Shown here one piece after another: positions 1 through 12,700 of a stretch of 64,000 bases of DNA. The notes under the pieces were generated by a model that searched no databases, was not told the DNA's origin, and saw nothing but the letters and a program-made list of their open reading frames with translations. Positions within the stretch are counted from its first letter, which is position 1. Every line of letters starts with the position of its first letter. This DNA comes from Bispira polyomma (taxonomy: Eukaryota): assembly GCA_965649765.1 (NCBI GenBank), contig OZ287752.1, forward strand, positions 53,196,001-53,260,000. Direction: 5' to 3'. The translations under genes were made by a program, and so were the position numbers.

Positions 1-2248
1 CCAAATGGTATGCTATATATTGTAGAAAGTCTAGAAATTTCCATAGCTGATTGTGGGCCTATAATGGCTAATGTACTAAACACATTATCAGTGAAGGAAA
101 TTAAACATGCCAATAATTCATTCTACTTTTACAAGAAAGATCTGCAATGTATTAAAAGCAATGGTAAATATTTCACTAGTCATATTGAGAGGATTATTGA
201 TTCCTTGATTGAAGATTTTGATAATGTAACGCATGTTTGTAACAATGTCAGCGACATGAAGGCAGACATCACACATGGTACAGTCAGGGACACTGGCGGC
301 ATACAAGGTAAAATGTATGTTCACCGTGGTTCAGTCATAAACCCTTCTTCTTCTGAAAACTTTACTGAAATGATTCACACTGACAATACTAGCAATCAGG
401 CAAGCTACGGACTACAATGACAAAAGTAAGGAAGTTGGGTTTATAGCACTTTCACCCACCAAGTAAGTTACTTACTTTAGGGTTATTTTGACGAGTTATT
501 GATTCAATACATTACATTTGGCTTTCCCCTGTCAATAATGAACCAAACAATATCAGGAATGCTAAAGTCGAAAATCACTTTTTAGCTTTATAACATCCTA
601 AGTCAGTGAGTGAATATCTACAAAAAGAAATGTCCCTTGGGGCAATGTTGGGCCCTAGCAAAGATATCAACAATACTCATTACAATTGCTCTCCACTTTT
701 AACTAGGCCCAAGGATAAAACAAAACGTCGGGTAATTTTAAATCTTTCTCACCCATCTGGGGCTTCACTCAATAATAATGTCAACAAAGGGAAATTCTAC
801 AAGGTAGCCTTTACTTTAAAATTTCCAACTGAGAACGCAGTCTTATTTAAAATTGTCGTTTCGCGGGCGTCCCACAACTTGAGGGTCGACCGGATCGACG
901 CTGTCAAACTGGGGATATTCTGGGATGATGCTTACTACATTGATCCGGGAATTGCGTTTGGGTGGGTTCATGGCAGGGCAGGGTTTCAGTGCTGCACGGA
1001 CGCCATTACGTCACCTATGATGAAACAAGGTTTCCGAACATTCGGGTATATCGATGACTACATATGTGTGGCCCCTAAAAGCATAGCGCAGAAATGATTT
1101 GAAATTTTACATCGGCTCATGACAGAACTTGGCCTCCCCATGAATCTGGACAAATTAACTCCTCCAACAACCAAATTGACATGTCTGGGCATCGATTTTG
1201 ATATGGATAAGGGAACCATTTTAATTCAACCAGATAAGTTAACTTTAAAACATATAAGTGGAAAAACAGGCTAAGCAGTATATATATAAAAAAAGTTTTA
1301 GTTGTTATTGAGCAAACTGCTATATATCCATAAATGCATCCTCCCTGCTAGAATTTTCATTAACAGGCTGTTGAATTTCGGGCCAATCATACAGTTAACC
1401 ATTTTAAAGTAACTGTTGACATGAAAAATGACCTACGGTGGTTCATACGTTTCCTACAGAAATTCAATGGCATTACATACATTTTACATGACGTTATCCC
1501 CTTTGGCGAAGAATTACACCTGGACGCCTGTGAAGTATGTGCCACACCGTTCTATGACATTTTCAATGGTGAACTTACCATACACCTAGAAATGCTCAAC
1601 ATAATTATCGTGTTAAAAGCCTGGGCGGAACAGTTGAGACACAAAAAAATGAGCATCAATTTCGACAATATGGCTATGGTTTTGATAAAAAACTAGAGAC
1701 AAATTCCTTGCGTTATATCTTAGAAATATTTGGCTTATTACAGCGACATATGACATAAGACTAAGCATAAAGCACATTCCTGGTAAAAAGAATAACATTG
1801 CAGATGCTTTATCTAGAATTTATTCAAACAAAGACCTTTGTAGTGCAACTTTAGAAACTATCGTCAATAACTATATTTGGAATTTAGTTCCTCTCAAATA
1901 TTATAAGCTTAATTTATCTATTTAATAGCAGGTGACTTGTTAAGGCTGCCTTAGAGAAGGTTCTCACACACATTGGATTACAATATAGGTTCCATTGTTT
2001 TCACACATTTAGGAGGTCTGGGACAACCTTCGCTTTCAACCATAATGTATCCTTACAGAACATACTGGCACATGGTCTTTGGAGGTCTTTCTCAGTCTGG
2101 TCCTACCTTTAAAAACCTCTTAGGCTGTCTCCATAGTTTCCCTCACCTTTGCCTTTGCCATCTCTTCCTCCCTTTAGTTTGGCTTGGGGCTTTAAGCATT
2201 TAAAGCATTTTTATTAACTATCTAACTGTTAAATGTACATATAGAGAA

Positions 2249-3130
2249 ACTAATATGTAAATAATAACACCTCAAACAGAATCTTTCCATTACCTGTGTT
2301 ACACTACATATCATCTTACCAAAAAAATTATTAAATAATATCAACTTGACCCTGGCCAATATCACCTTTAAACTTGACACTACCTTGGGGACTGTGGTAA
2401 GCAGGACACCTTTAGGGCACTGCTACATCAGTCCACAGGTTAATACTTCTGTATAACCTTAAAACATTTATTTTGACTAGACTACTTTTATGCTGACCTT
2501 CTGTCAATCCACACTTCAACCAATCACAGCACAAGCTATTTAATTATGTTCCCGCTATTTTAAGCTTCCATATTGAAACTTGAATTTGAAGCAACAACAA
2601 GTACATTGTATTTTTCCCACCTACTCCCCTTCACCTCAGCTATCATGAAGTTGCCAGTATTTGAAAGTTATTAGATAAAAAAAATTGTGACAAATGTAGC
2701 AATGAATTTGCAGCGTCTCTCAGAATCCTATAGGGATTGCTGATGGCAGAGATGCACAACCATCACGTCTTGAGACATGACTTATGTTATGTTAAATTAA
2801 AGTATTTGAAAAATTGCCTTGGTAGCCAGAGCCTATAGCCCGTGTGGAAGATCCTGTCTCCTAAACTCCTTCTGAGCTACAAGTCTAGGGGTCAGGGTTG
2901 AATAGGAGCTCTGCGAGGCTGGTCCCTTTGCTAGGCGATTAGGTGCCCCAGGTCTTGAGTTTCTTGCACCAGGATAAAGTTTAAATAACGACACTAATAT
3001 GTAAATAATAAAACCTCAAACGGAATCTTTTCATTACCTGTGTTACACTGCAATCATCTACCAATAATATTAATATCAACTTGACCCTGGTCAATATCAT
3101 CTTCGAACTTGACACTACCTTGGGGACTGT
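2249..3130 (+). repeat. E1 3' split direct repeats: B1 2249-2395, A2 plus spacer 2396-2992, B2 2993-3130
   Basis: Two ~140-bp direct copies beginning actaatatgtaaataata and ending cttggggactgt. Confidence 0.85.
2820..2965 (+). ncRNA. Candidate structured RNA in E1 A2-B2 spacer
   Basis: Shares tcagggttSaatag...ctg...gctaggcgattaggtgcc..aggt with the E2 spacer; stems gatcc-t-gtctc/gaggc-t-ggtc and ctcct/aggag. Confidence 0.5.
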
Positions 3131-4753
3131 CCATCTAGATAAGCAATCAGCCACTTTATTGTTCAAACCATAAACATGTTCAAAACTAGTCGATTGTTAA
3201 TTAAGGCCACCATGAGACAATTATTTCTTGCACAAATTGTTAGTACTTGCATCTACAACAGCAGAGGTATACAAAACTGTTATCATAAGAACTTTTTTGT
3301 ATGTCAAGACCATATACTACATAAAAACACATAACCAACACAGAGCCTTTTAAAAGTCCTCATTCAGAAGATGAGTATATTATTAGGATTATCTTGAAGT
3401 AACTAAACCATTGTATTCAAGGACTGTGTAGCAGGATGTACTGTATGCTCGGATGACCATTTAAAATGGCGGTACTCAGTCACTGAGTACTACCTCCAGT
3501 GATAGATTAAAGATTTTGGGGGGCGTGGATAAATGATCATCCTGAAGCAAGCCTCGGTGCCTATAGTGGCAGCACATGAGGAAGCGCATTTAAAAGGATC
3601 CTGTGTTCTGTAAGTGCATTATAACAATAAATATAACAAGTGAAGGGAAGAATGAATGTGAGCCAACAATACAGAAATGTCGGGTGAAGAAATGTACTTG
3701 TTACACAGAAGTAAAATGATGTACTAAAACCATTTACATGCAAGTAAATAAAAAACGTGGTAATGTAAACATGTATGCAAAGGATTTAAATATATAAATC
3801 AATGTGTGTAAAAGTGTAGAAACTAAAATATCTTTTAAAATAACTTACTGTATATGTCCATGTTTCTACTACATTCACAATCAATCACTGTCCATTTGTG
3901 TTCATATCGCAGTTTGGTCATTACCATTCACAAATTAATAACACTTATGGTCTTAACAGGTAGTATAACCATGGTGATGGGTTATTAACAGATCCTTACC
4001 CAGCTCAGCCTACTGCCCTACTTGGTAATATAGCCTATTACTTATACACTTACTGCGAGGGTCTAAACCACCAGTTTACAAAAAAGCCTGCTAAACACAG
4101 TTTGTCTTGGCCTTGCTTGTTGCTTATGAGGTTTTGTGGCTTCCTGAAACTACAATAAACTTTCTAAAGGAAGGATAAAGGGCGAGTTGCAAATACACTA
4201 TCTCTCCAAAATGTTTATAATCAATAATGGCGCTTGTTTGCCGCCAAGCACTTTTATAGGCGGCCCCTGACTTGTGGTGGCCTAGTTACCCCATCTAGCC
4301 TGGTACCAGAACTGAGCGTGATGTTACTTTGGCTGCACCACACCAATACATTACAAAATATACAGACATACGCACATACATAAAGGAACAAAATACATAC
4401 TGATCATACATCTCTGTGAAAGTCTTGATTTAGTTCAATTCTATTCTTATCCTGACAGGTTCTTAATAGATTTAACATGCAATTCAGAATGTCTCTGGCT
4501 GAATGGATGATCTTGCTAACGTATACAAATTTTCATAACAAGAACTGTAACTAGTTCTTAGTTATCTGTGAAGACCCCGTTAATTTACGCAAGCTTCCTG
4601 TATTCTGAATTTCTCAGAACAGTTGCTTTGGGTACTATTAGAAAAATCTACATTAATTCATATGACTACTTGCAGATTGCACGACCTTGAGAGGGTAAAT
4701 AGGGAGTCTTAGCTCTCCTACTAGCTTATATAACCCTTTAAAACCGGTTCAGC

Positions 4754-4910
4754 TTTGTGTTTTACGAGGTAAGCGAACATGTCGTTTATATAGTTCTAGA
4801 CCTCATATCCTGCTTATTTCAATATGTGTTTTGTTTGTGTTTTACGAGGTAAGCGAACTTGTCGTCCATATAATTCTAGACCTCATATCCTGCTTATTTC
4901 ATTTTGTGTG
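4754..4910. repeat. Tandem duplication, 2 x ~80 bp
   Basis: tttgtgtt(t)ttacgaggtaagcgaac...tctagacctcatatcctgcttatttca occurs twice. Confidence 0.85.
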
Positions 4911-4924
4911 TAATCCGAAATTCT

Positions 4925-7900
4925 CTATAAGATGGATGGCCCATTAACCACACCAAATACTAGTGCTTTATCTACATAATATTTGTTGCCAACCTTGATC
5001 CCACATTGGATTGCATCTCTTGGGTCGACCCTGATATTTCTGAAAGCATGACTCACATCAGTTTTCACTGGTTTTGGTCCCCTGGGCAGTCTAATATGTC
5101 TCTTATCAAGCGATCTACCATTGGTAAGTCTACTATAAAGTGCAGGTCATCTTATGTTTATTTATTTGTGTGATGGTGTATTGCCTTATTCTCTGCATAT
5201 GATGAATCTATGATTATGCGTTTGGAGTCTGCACTTTTAGGCCTACTCATGAGTGGTGAACTGTGAAAAACCGTACGTGGTATTTCCTTAAATGGCCCTA
5301 ATAATGCCCCATGGTCCAATTCTGTTGCGATATATTTTGAGACTTGGTCAGGATAGTCAGTGAAACGTAAGGTTCTCTATTTTGACCCTGTTCAATTTCC
5401 CATTTGGTTATGCCTAATGAGAAACCAAATTTGCGCAGATTAACTACATGCTTGTATTTATAGTCTAATAACATTTTTTCCCATAATGCTATTTTTAAGT
5501 GTGCTTCTACTTGAATTTTAGCTTCGCTGTAATTAGGGAGGTCATGCTTATTAATTTCGGGCACTGCCATTAAATATTCATTCGCACTACAGTTGTTGCT
5601 TATGTGCGACGTATTCCCGAATTTTAGGCTTCTCAAATAAGAAACCAACCTTATTTTTAGCCTTTTCTGGATTATGTATTTGGGCTATACGCTCCTTAAC
5701 TTATTTTTAAAGAATCTTATCAACAGAACATTTTTTTTAAACTTTGAAATTGTACAAACATTGTGCCTAACTTTATTGTCTATACTCTCTTGCACAACCT
5801 TTAAATGTCCTGCGTGGTATTGTTCAGTGTTATTTTTGCACCTGCCACTCAAGGGACCACTTTCTGTTTGTGAGTTATATTTGTGGACTTTCCACCAGTT
5901 TATTATTAATATTATGCATTTTTAACGTGCCTTACTGATGCCAGGCATCTTCTAAAGCGCAACAGCAGAATCAGTGATCCAATCGTAAAGTCCATGGGCA
6001 TAGCAAGGTTGTAAGAGTAGGGTGGTTAACAGCTGGTTAATCAGCAAGCAACCAGATTGGATATTAACCCACCCCGTAGCATCCGGCGGCAAGGGGCGTA
6101 ACTTCCTTTCACGCTTCACATGGTGAAGGGTGCCGTAGCCCCGACCAACTGCCATTGACTAACTTATCTACATGTATGTTTATAGTTTTTTTAGGTTGTT
6201 TTACCATGTTTGGGGCTTAATTATTATTTCATTGCTTTTAACTTGCTCAACCAAAGTTTTATTCAGCCTTTGCATAATTAGTTCTGTATTGGCACACTGT
6301 GGTGAAAGTGCCCCCACAATGTATGTCTGTACCGTTAACAGTTCTGGCATTGTCAGCCCCTTTGTCACCCTGTGGTTGTTCCCGGTATTATACCCCTGTT
6401 AGGGGGTCAGATTGCCAAACTTGTTTCTCGCAAACTCCATATATGTACAAAAAACTTAATGCCTGGTGAATGGTTCAACTGGTGGCCTGAACTTGCAGGT
6501 CATATCGTTAAATAGTCTGCACGAATATTGGCACATTGCCGATTTGAAAAATTTTGCTCCCCTTTTACTTGACAGCATGGTCGCGTGCACACCAAATAGC
6601 CTAGTGTGTAACAGTTGGGTTCTATCTGACCATTAAATTTCCCGGTCACCTACCTGGTGCATTATTGAGGCAAAAACTGTTTTAGTGACACCCCAGTCTG
6701 AACTGTCTGCGCTTTTCACTATTTCTTATATTTGTCTTAAGATGTCGTTTTTTAATGGTTGTGTCCGTCCCCTTAAATTATGTACTCTGTAAATAACATA
6801 ACAAACTTATTAAGGGTTATGTTGTTGAATGACTGCCTGTTCTTGCCTGTTCTCCTTTGTAGATTTCAATAGGCCGGTAAATAGTTGGGTTTATTTCATG
6901 GGCACCTGAAATATTGAAACTGACTTCTTCTTTGTGTTAACTGTTAATAGTTCACCTCGAGTAGACCTCTCAAATAGTGCAATTCTCTCAGCCACCAAAC
7001 AGGTGCTAAACTTGTGGGTCCTTCCTCAGCTCTTGCAACATCAACGTCATCACTCCTTGTTGTTAAACTGTGTCTTGCCTGATAGCTGCTGCTGGATAAT
7101 ATGGTCTGGTTTGCGTTACCAAACTATTAAAAATGTTGTCTGGGAGCTCTGTTTGTTGTCTCTGCCACTGAATTGTGGGGTTCTGTACCCAGTCTGAGGG
7201 TTTGTTACCTACAATTGGGTTGCCAGTCCCATTGCACTTCTGGCTTGGTTAAAAAGTCTAGTTAAGTCCTCTTCGGCTATCTGCCATTTCCCCGTCCTTG
7301 GTTCTGTATTTTCTGGCTCACCTGCATATGCCAATAGCTGGTTCCAGGTCCCACCTTGCGGATTTCCGCTTTCAACCTGACCTATGTCCGCTTTCTTTTG
7401 CCTAATGGTTTACATATCAGGTTTTTCCTGTAGGATTTTTTGTGCCTGTGATTTTGGAATTTTTGGTACAGTTGCAGAGTATTTCTGCCTCGAGGTATTT
7501 ACCTTGACCACTGCATCCTTTGTTTCTCCCGTCCCTCCTAATGCACCCTTCAGCTGGTCTGTGCCATATGAGTTGACCCCGAATAGTGGTTAATGCTCTT
7601 AATGTCCTTTGCGTTTAAGTCTATTTCTGAAACGTCACTGTTTTTGAAAATGTCCCTAACCTTTACCATACTCGGCTGCTGATTCAGCCTGACTTTGTTC
7701 CTGGCTTTTCAGCCTTTTTAATCTTGTTGTTTACTGCAGTTACTTCCCCTTCTTTTGGTCTAGTCTTCTTGCTATCATGTTGAGTGATTTTAGCAAGGCA
7801 TGCATTATGTCATGGCCACCTTTGGCACCTTCAGCTGATCTTTTAACCTCTTCACTCAAGTAGGCCTTGGGCTCCTATCTCATCTCTGTCTTACACTAAT
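4925..7900 (-). mobile_element. E4: decayed DIRS-order element (gag plus RT N-half; truncated before YxDD)
   Basis: Minus-strand Gag remnants (PIEIYKG..SFNNITLNKFV..SSDWGVTK..WSDR..CRLFNDMTC) at ~6450-6900. RT remnants (PNYSEAKIQV..LWEKML..KFGFSLG, HSSPLMSRPK..KRIIID, DVSHAFRNIRVDP) at 4950-5650. Confidence 0.8.
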
Positions 7901-9435
7901 TTCACCGGTTGGGTCAACAGACGTTCACATTTACAATCTAGCGGTTTTTCGTGTTCACTCCTACATCTTTTGCAGATCCTCCCCCTTCAGAAACTGTTTT
8001 GCATAACACACATTCTACAAACTAATGTTTGTCTATTGGCAACATGTGCACTTTATAATTTAATGTTTGCTTAAAAAACAGTGACACCGCCATGCACCAA
8101 TGGCTTTTTGTGGTGCAATCTATTCCAGAATCTCTCCAAACATTAACATGGACCAGCTATTTATGCTGATTTTAGGATGATTCATTGCAGTAAATTCAAT
8201 GTACATGTAGTTCAAAGTATTTTTATAGAGACTTGTGTCAATCTCAACTCAGTATCCAGTGTTTAAAGTCACCATATCTCTGGTTCTGAAGTTAAGTAAA
8301 ATCTGACTGCATATTTGAACTTAGTCCTTAAATGATAGGTCACATGCATAGGTTTTTCAATGCACAAGTACTTCCACATAGCCTTTAGTTGATTCTGAGT
8401 TTGAACTTGAGTTTCTTTAAAGAATTAAAGAATTTGATGATGGATGTGAAGCACCACAGTTCAGTTTGACGAACATTTAGGTACAATTGGCCTGGTATCT
8501 AGGTTTGACCTTGCTGAAAGAACAAACCTTGAGTGGAAGAATTGGGTGAACTGTCGGTTCACATGCATAATACTAGTATAGTGTACAAATGCTGACTAAA
8601 ATTCCAAGGGGATTACAATCACTTTATGTGAATTTCACTGTGAATGTATCAGTGTTCAGGTTCAAGCCAAGCGTTAAACATCTTTTCACCCTCCCACCTC
8701 AGAGGGCTTACCCATATACTTTAGTTTAAAATGTTACCTTCCGGCCATTCTGAGGTTACACATACGCCTTTAAAAGTTATACTTTTATAATTTATTTCAA
8801 TAGTTTCACCCTCCAACCGAAACCCATACTAACTGTGGTTAGCATTATATTTTATTCATTAGTAAGCTTTTATACATTTTAGTCATGTTTTACAAATTTT
8901 AACCCTTGTATTTGGGGTATACCTACAAAAATTATGAAGTAAGACCTGTGGGTTGTAACCCCCGGGTATGCTTTAATAATACTCTTGTGAACTGCAACTT
9001 TGTCTTGCTATTGCAACATCACAAATAAGTACTAAATTTTGGACTCAGACTATGAGCCCAGCACACATCAAACCTCGGTGTTGTAATGATCAAGTGCTGG
9101 AAAACTGTCCGATTAGCAAAACTCTCCATCAGAATTTTACTGTAAAATAGGTGTACATTTAGAAATGAATATACCAGATCCAGTTATATTTATATATTTG
9201 CAATAAATTATTGTTATTCTGTATACAGTGGCCCAAAGTTGACATTTATTTCTGAAAATAGTGTAGATACTTGATACGTACATATATCGAGTTTATGTCA
9301 ATGATTTAATGCTTTTGTAAACTGTAATGGGGAAAAGAAAAAATGTGTAAATATAACTAGTTGACAAAGGACTCTTTTTAGTTTAATAGAAATAACAGAT
9401 CTACTTCCTTATTAGTCTCCAACCATAAGATTTGT

Positions 9436-9630
9436 GTTTAATCTTTCCAGTAAGGCAGACAGGGGACGGAGAGACTAGGATATAGGAGTTTCGGGGGCTT
9501 AAAGACTGTATGATTTGAATAGTGTGGATTTGGGTTTAATCTTTACCAGTAAGGCAGGTAGAAGAAGTAGAGACTAGGAAATAGAAGTGAGAAAGTTTAG
9601 GGGCTTAAATACAACTATGTAGTTTGAATA
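9436..9630 (+). repeat. Diverged ~98-bp tandem duplication immediately upstream of the receptor start codon
   Basis: gtttaatcttt(a)ccagtaaggcag...agagactagga...ggggcttaaa...tttgaata occurs twice. Confidence 0.75.
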
Positions 9631-9646
9631 TTATCATCATACCATC

Positions 9647-9729
9647 ATGACCTATACACACAATACCGTTGTGGGACTTCTACTGACTGTAGTAATCATC
9701 TTGTGTGTAACCACGGACACTGCATCTGG
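9647..9729 (+). CDS. Receptor exon 1, signal peptide MTYTHNTVVGLLLTVVIILCVTTDTASG
   Basis: ATG, hydrophobic core, small-residue cleavage site; donor gg|gtaagg is phase 2, matching the acceptor at 28646. Confidence 0.65.
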
Positions 9730-12700
9730 GTAAGGAATTCATTCATACATTAAGTAATGCTTAATAATAAAGAAATATGTATGTATAAGTTTAGATTTTG
9801 TAGAACTTGTAACTTGTACAAAATAAGCTGTACAAGTTAAGACTTGTGTGCAGAATTTATCAACACAGACATTTGTCATTAACTATAATAATATTCATAA
9901 TGCTCTGAACTGATGATATCTATTTAATTTTTATCATATTAATGATATCTATTTAATTTTTATCATATTAATGAAATTAATGTTTATCTTTAGATGTATA
10001 AGATAACATAACAATGACTGTTTCACTGGAAGTACAAAGGTTAAAGAGAAATATACATTCTACTTGATGTACGTCGTTATATATCTTAAAAGTATGTCAG
10101 TCATTTACAGAAAAAATCATAATTTGTTAGTTTATGCTAGGGGCTACTCCTTCAATAAATGTATAACGAATTAAACTTCATGTTTGTTTTTCTGATGAAT
10201 AATATAATAAAAAAGTATAGCTATGTTATAATTGATAAGTTTGTTCACATTTATTACAATCGTTCCATATTAATATGTAACTGTCTCTCACCTGTTAGGA
10301 CAATACATAAGTTGTAATGGTATTTGGGAAAATATTTATTTACCAGTGGTTTATATTATAAATATGAGTTCTTTTCTAGAACTCATTTTCTCTTCTAAAA
10401 TTCCAATGAAATGGTCAACACTAGTAACCGGGAACATGTTAGTTGGCTTGCATTTATTTTATATATATAACACTTAATGGTCAAAAATGATATATTATGG
10501 CTTGATTTCAGAACATAATGTTTCATCTGTACAAATATATCAGACAATATATTAATATTTAGGGATTATTACAAACCAAACGATAAAATACTTATTTCAT
10601 TGGCTGGTTTAAAGATTAATAAAGTATATCCAAAGGTATTCAAAACAAGTGTACTATTGGTTTGTGACAGAAACCAGTATAATGGATGAGAATTTTTTGA
10701 TTTGCTGTTGTCAAAGCTTTCATACATTTGCTTTATTATGTGTACTCACAAGTGTACTTACAAGTATACGGTTAGCCGACTATTCAAACTGCCAAACCGT
10801 TTTACCTTGAATTGACAAAGTTGTTTCAAGTGTTGTATAACCCAATATGTACAATATAATTAACACATAATCTTGACCTACCAATGTAAAATATCACATT
10901 TAACAGAAATAATCATGTTTAATTTAGTTTTAAAATTAAATTATATTGGACAACCGTCAGCTTTACCATTTGCTGGTTATACATGGAAACCACTAACTTA
11001 AAGAGACTTAGCGGAATAACCTTGATGCTCAATGTTTTGTATTAATGACTTAATTTGTATTACTTGGCTTATTTTCAGTATTAGGTAGCCCTCAGTTTGA
11101 TTATATATAAAACCAGCATGTATATATATATATATATATAAGCTACACAAGCTTATTCTAATACTGTTTTGTGTAATTACTTCCAACAAGGTTGTGTTGG
11201 GGGAGATATGCACTCTACTGGGTGCTTTATAATTGATATTTGTCATGATCCAGCAATATATATATATATATTTGTTGTGTCACTTCGTAGACGATCTAAT
11301 AATTAACTGTTTCCTATACAAGCTTATTCTAACAATCTTTTGTGTTTTAAAAGTTGTACAAGTAAACAACCCTTACATGGTGTAAAACCTATTGGACCCT
11401 GACAAAGGAGGCCTTTATCCAAAATAAACTTTCTAGATTCACTTCCTTATTATTATGTAAAGTGAGTTTTCATATATTATCTTCATTTTAAATGAATGGT
11501 GTATGTGTTTCTGCTTATTTCAAATGTATACGGTTGTGTATGTTTATCCAGACAAAGATTGTTGACATGATGACTTGCTCGATGTTGAGAGCCCCTCCAA
11601 AATGAGATTTTAAAATGTACCCATACTATAAAAACAAGTGTAAAGCCCACGTATGCGGACATAGTTAACATATAAAGAATAGACTAATATTCTAAAATAG
11701 TAATGGGACTAGTCCGAAATAATCATGTTAATTAAGTGCTAAGTAGCAGTACCTTTGACAGTTCATGATATAACTTCACACCCAAAAGTCTGGTATGATG
11801 CACTAATAATTATAATAATCACAATCACTGACATCATTCACCCTCACATTCATCAGTGTGCCATTAAGTGTAGCATTGGAACCCGTAACCTATGGCACCT
11901 AATCGCCTAGCGCAGAGGGGGTTCTGTCCCACAGCGCTTCTATTGAACCCTGAGTCCCCACAGAGGAAAGATTGAACGACAGAATCCTATCTCAACATTG
12001 TCCCGGGGTCAAATACTACCCAGAGTGTGAGTTACCGACACTATAGCAAATGCAAAGCCACATGCACCTGAGGTGCCAAGTATAATACTAAGGCATGTCA
12101 AACGTTTGAAATATAAAAAGTACAAAATGTTAGTTAAACACAATTTTTATACTGGAGGAAGAAACGGGGATGGGGGTGGGAATTTTCATAACATGGGTGT
12201 TTACCTTTGGAATATCTTTTCCAAAATGGAGAATGTTTGGGGGAGTGCCCACGCTAGTTTATGTGGGTCTAGTTACTAATTGTTTGCACAATTAATTAGG
12301 GATTGAAATTTTTCTGGAACAAGAATAGTTTTACAAAAGTGAAATTGGACAGGAGGTCAACTGAGGCATCAGTCCCCTAAAGTGGACTGCTGGGCACAGT
12401 TGCCAGGTTAAGTGGAATTGTTAGTTGTGAGGTGACCTTGAGAAGTAAACTACAAGATACCATTAGGAGATTTACTTATATACAGGAATTAGTATATATG
12501 TACAGAGTATAAAAGTAGGTTAAAATTTTAGGGTAAGAAACTTTAAAATGTACCGAAACCCAATCAAACGGAGGAAGGGATAATGGAAGAGAAGGTGGCA
12601 CGGAATGATAGAAGCTGCCTACGCAAGGCTGAACTACGCCATAAACCATGTGACATTATATTTTGGAGAGAAACGTTATTATTAAATGCCAGAGTGGCTC

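Larger units (their letters stand above)
1..3130 (+). mobile_element. E1: DIRS-order (Ngaro/PAT-like) tyrosine-recombinase retrotransposon, decayed; 5' part outside window
   Basis: Pol N-extension (10-420). Frameshifted RT (CSPLLTRPK, RRVILNLSHP, FGWVHG, GYIDDY) and RNase H (LHLDAC, HLEMLNI, DNMA, HIPGKKNNIADALSR) at ~430-1925. Internally deleted YR at ~1930-2180. Split direct repeats B1 2249-2395 and B2 2993-3130. Confidence 0.9.

Noticed and set aside
606-2180. Bacterial retron, DGR or phage integrase interpretation of RT plus recombinase
   Set aside because: The gag-RT-RNaseH-YR order, split direct repeats and spliceosomal gene context identify eukaryotic DIRS-order elements.
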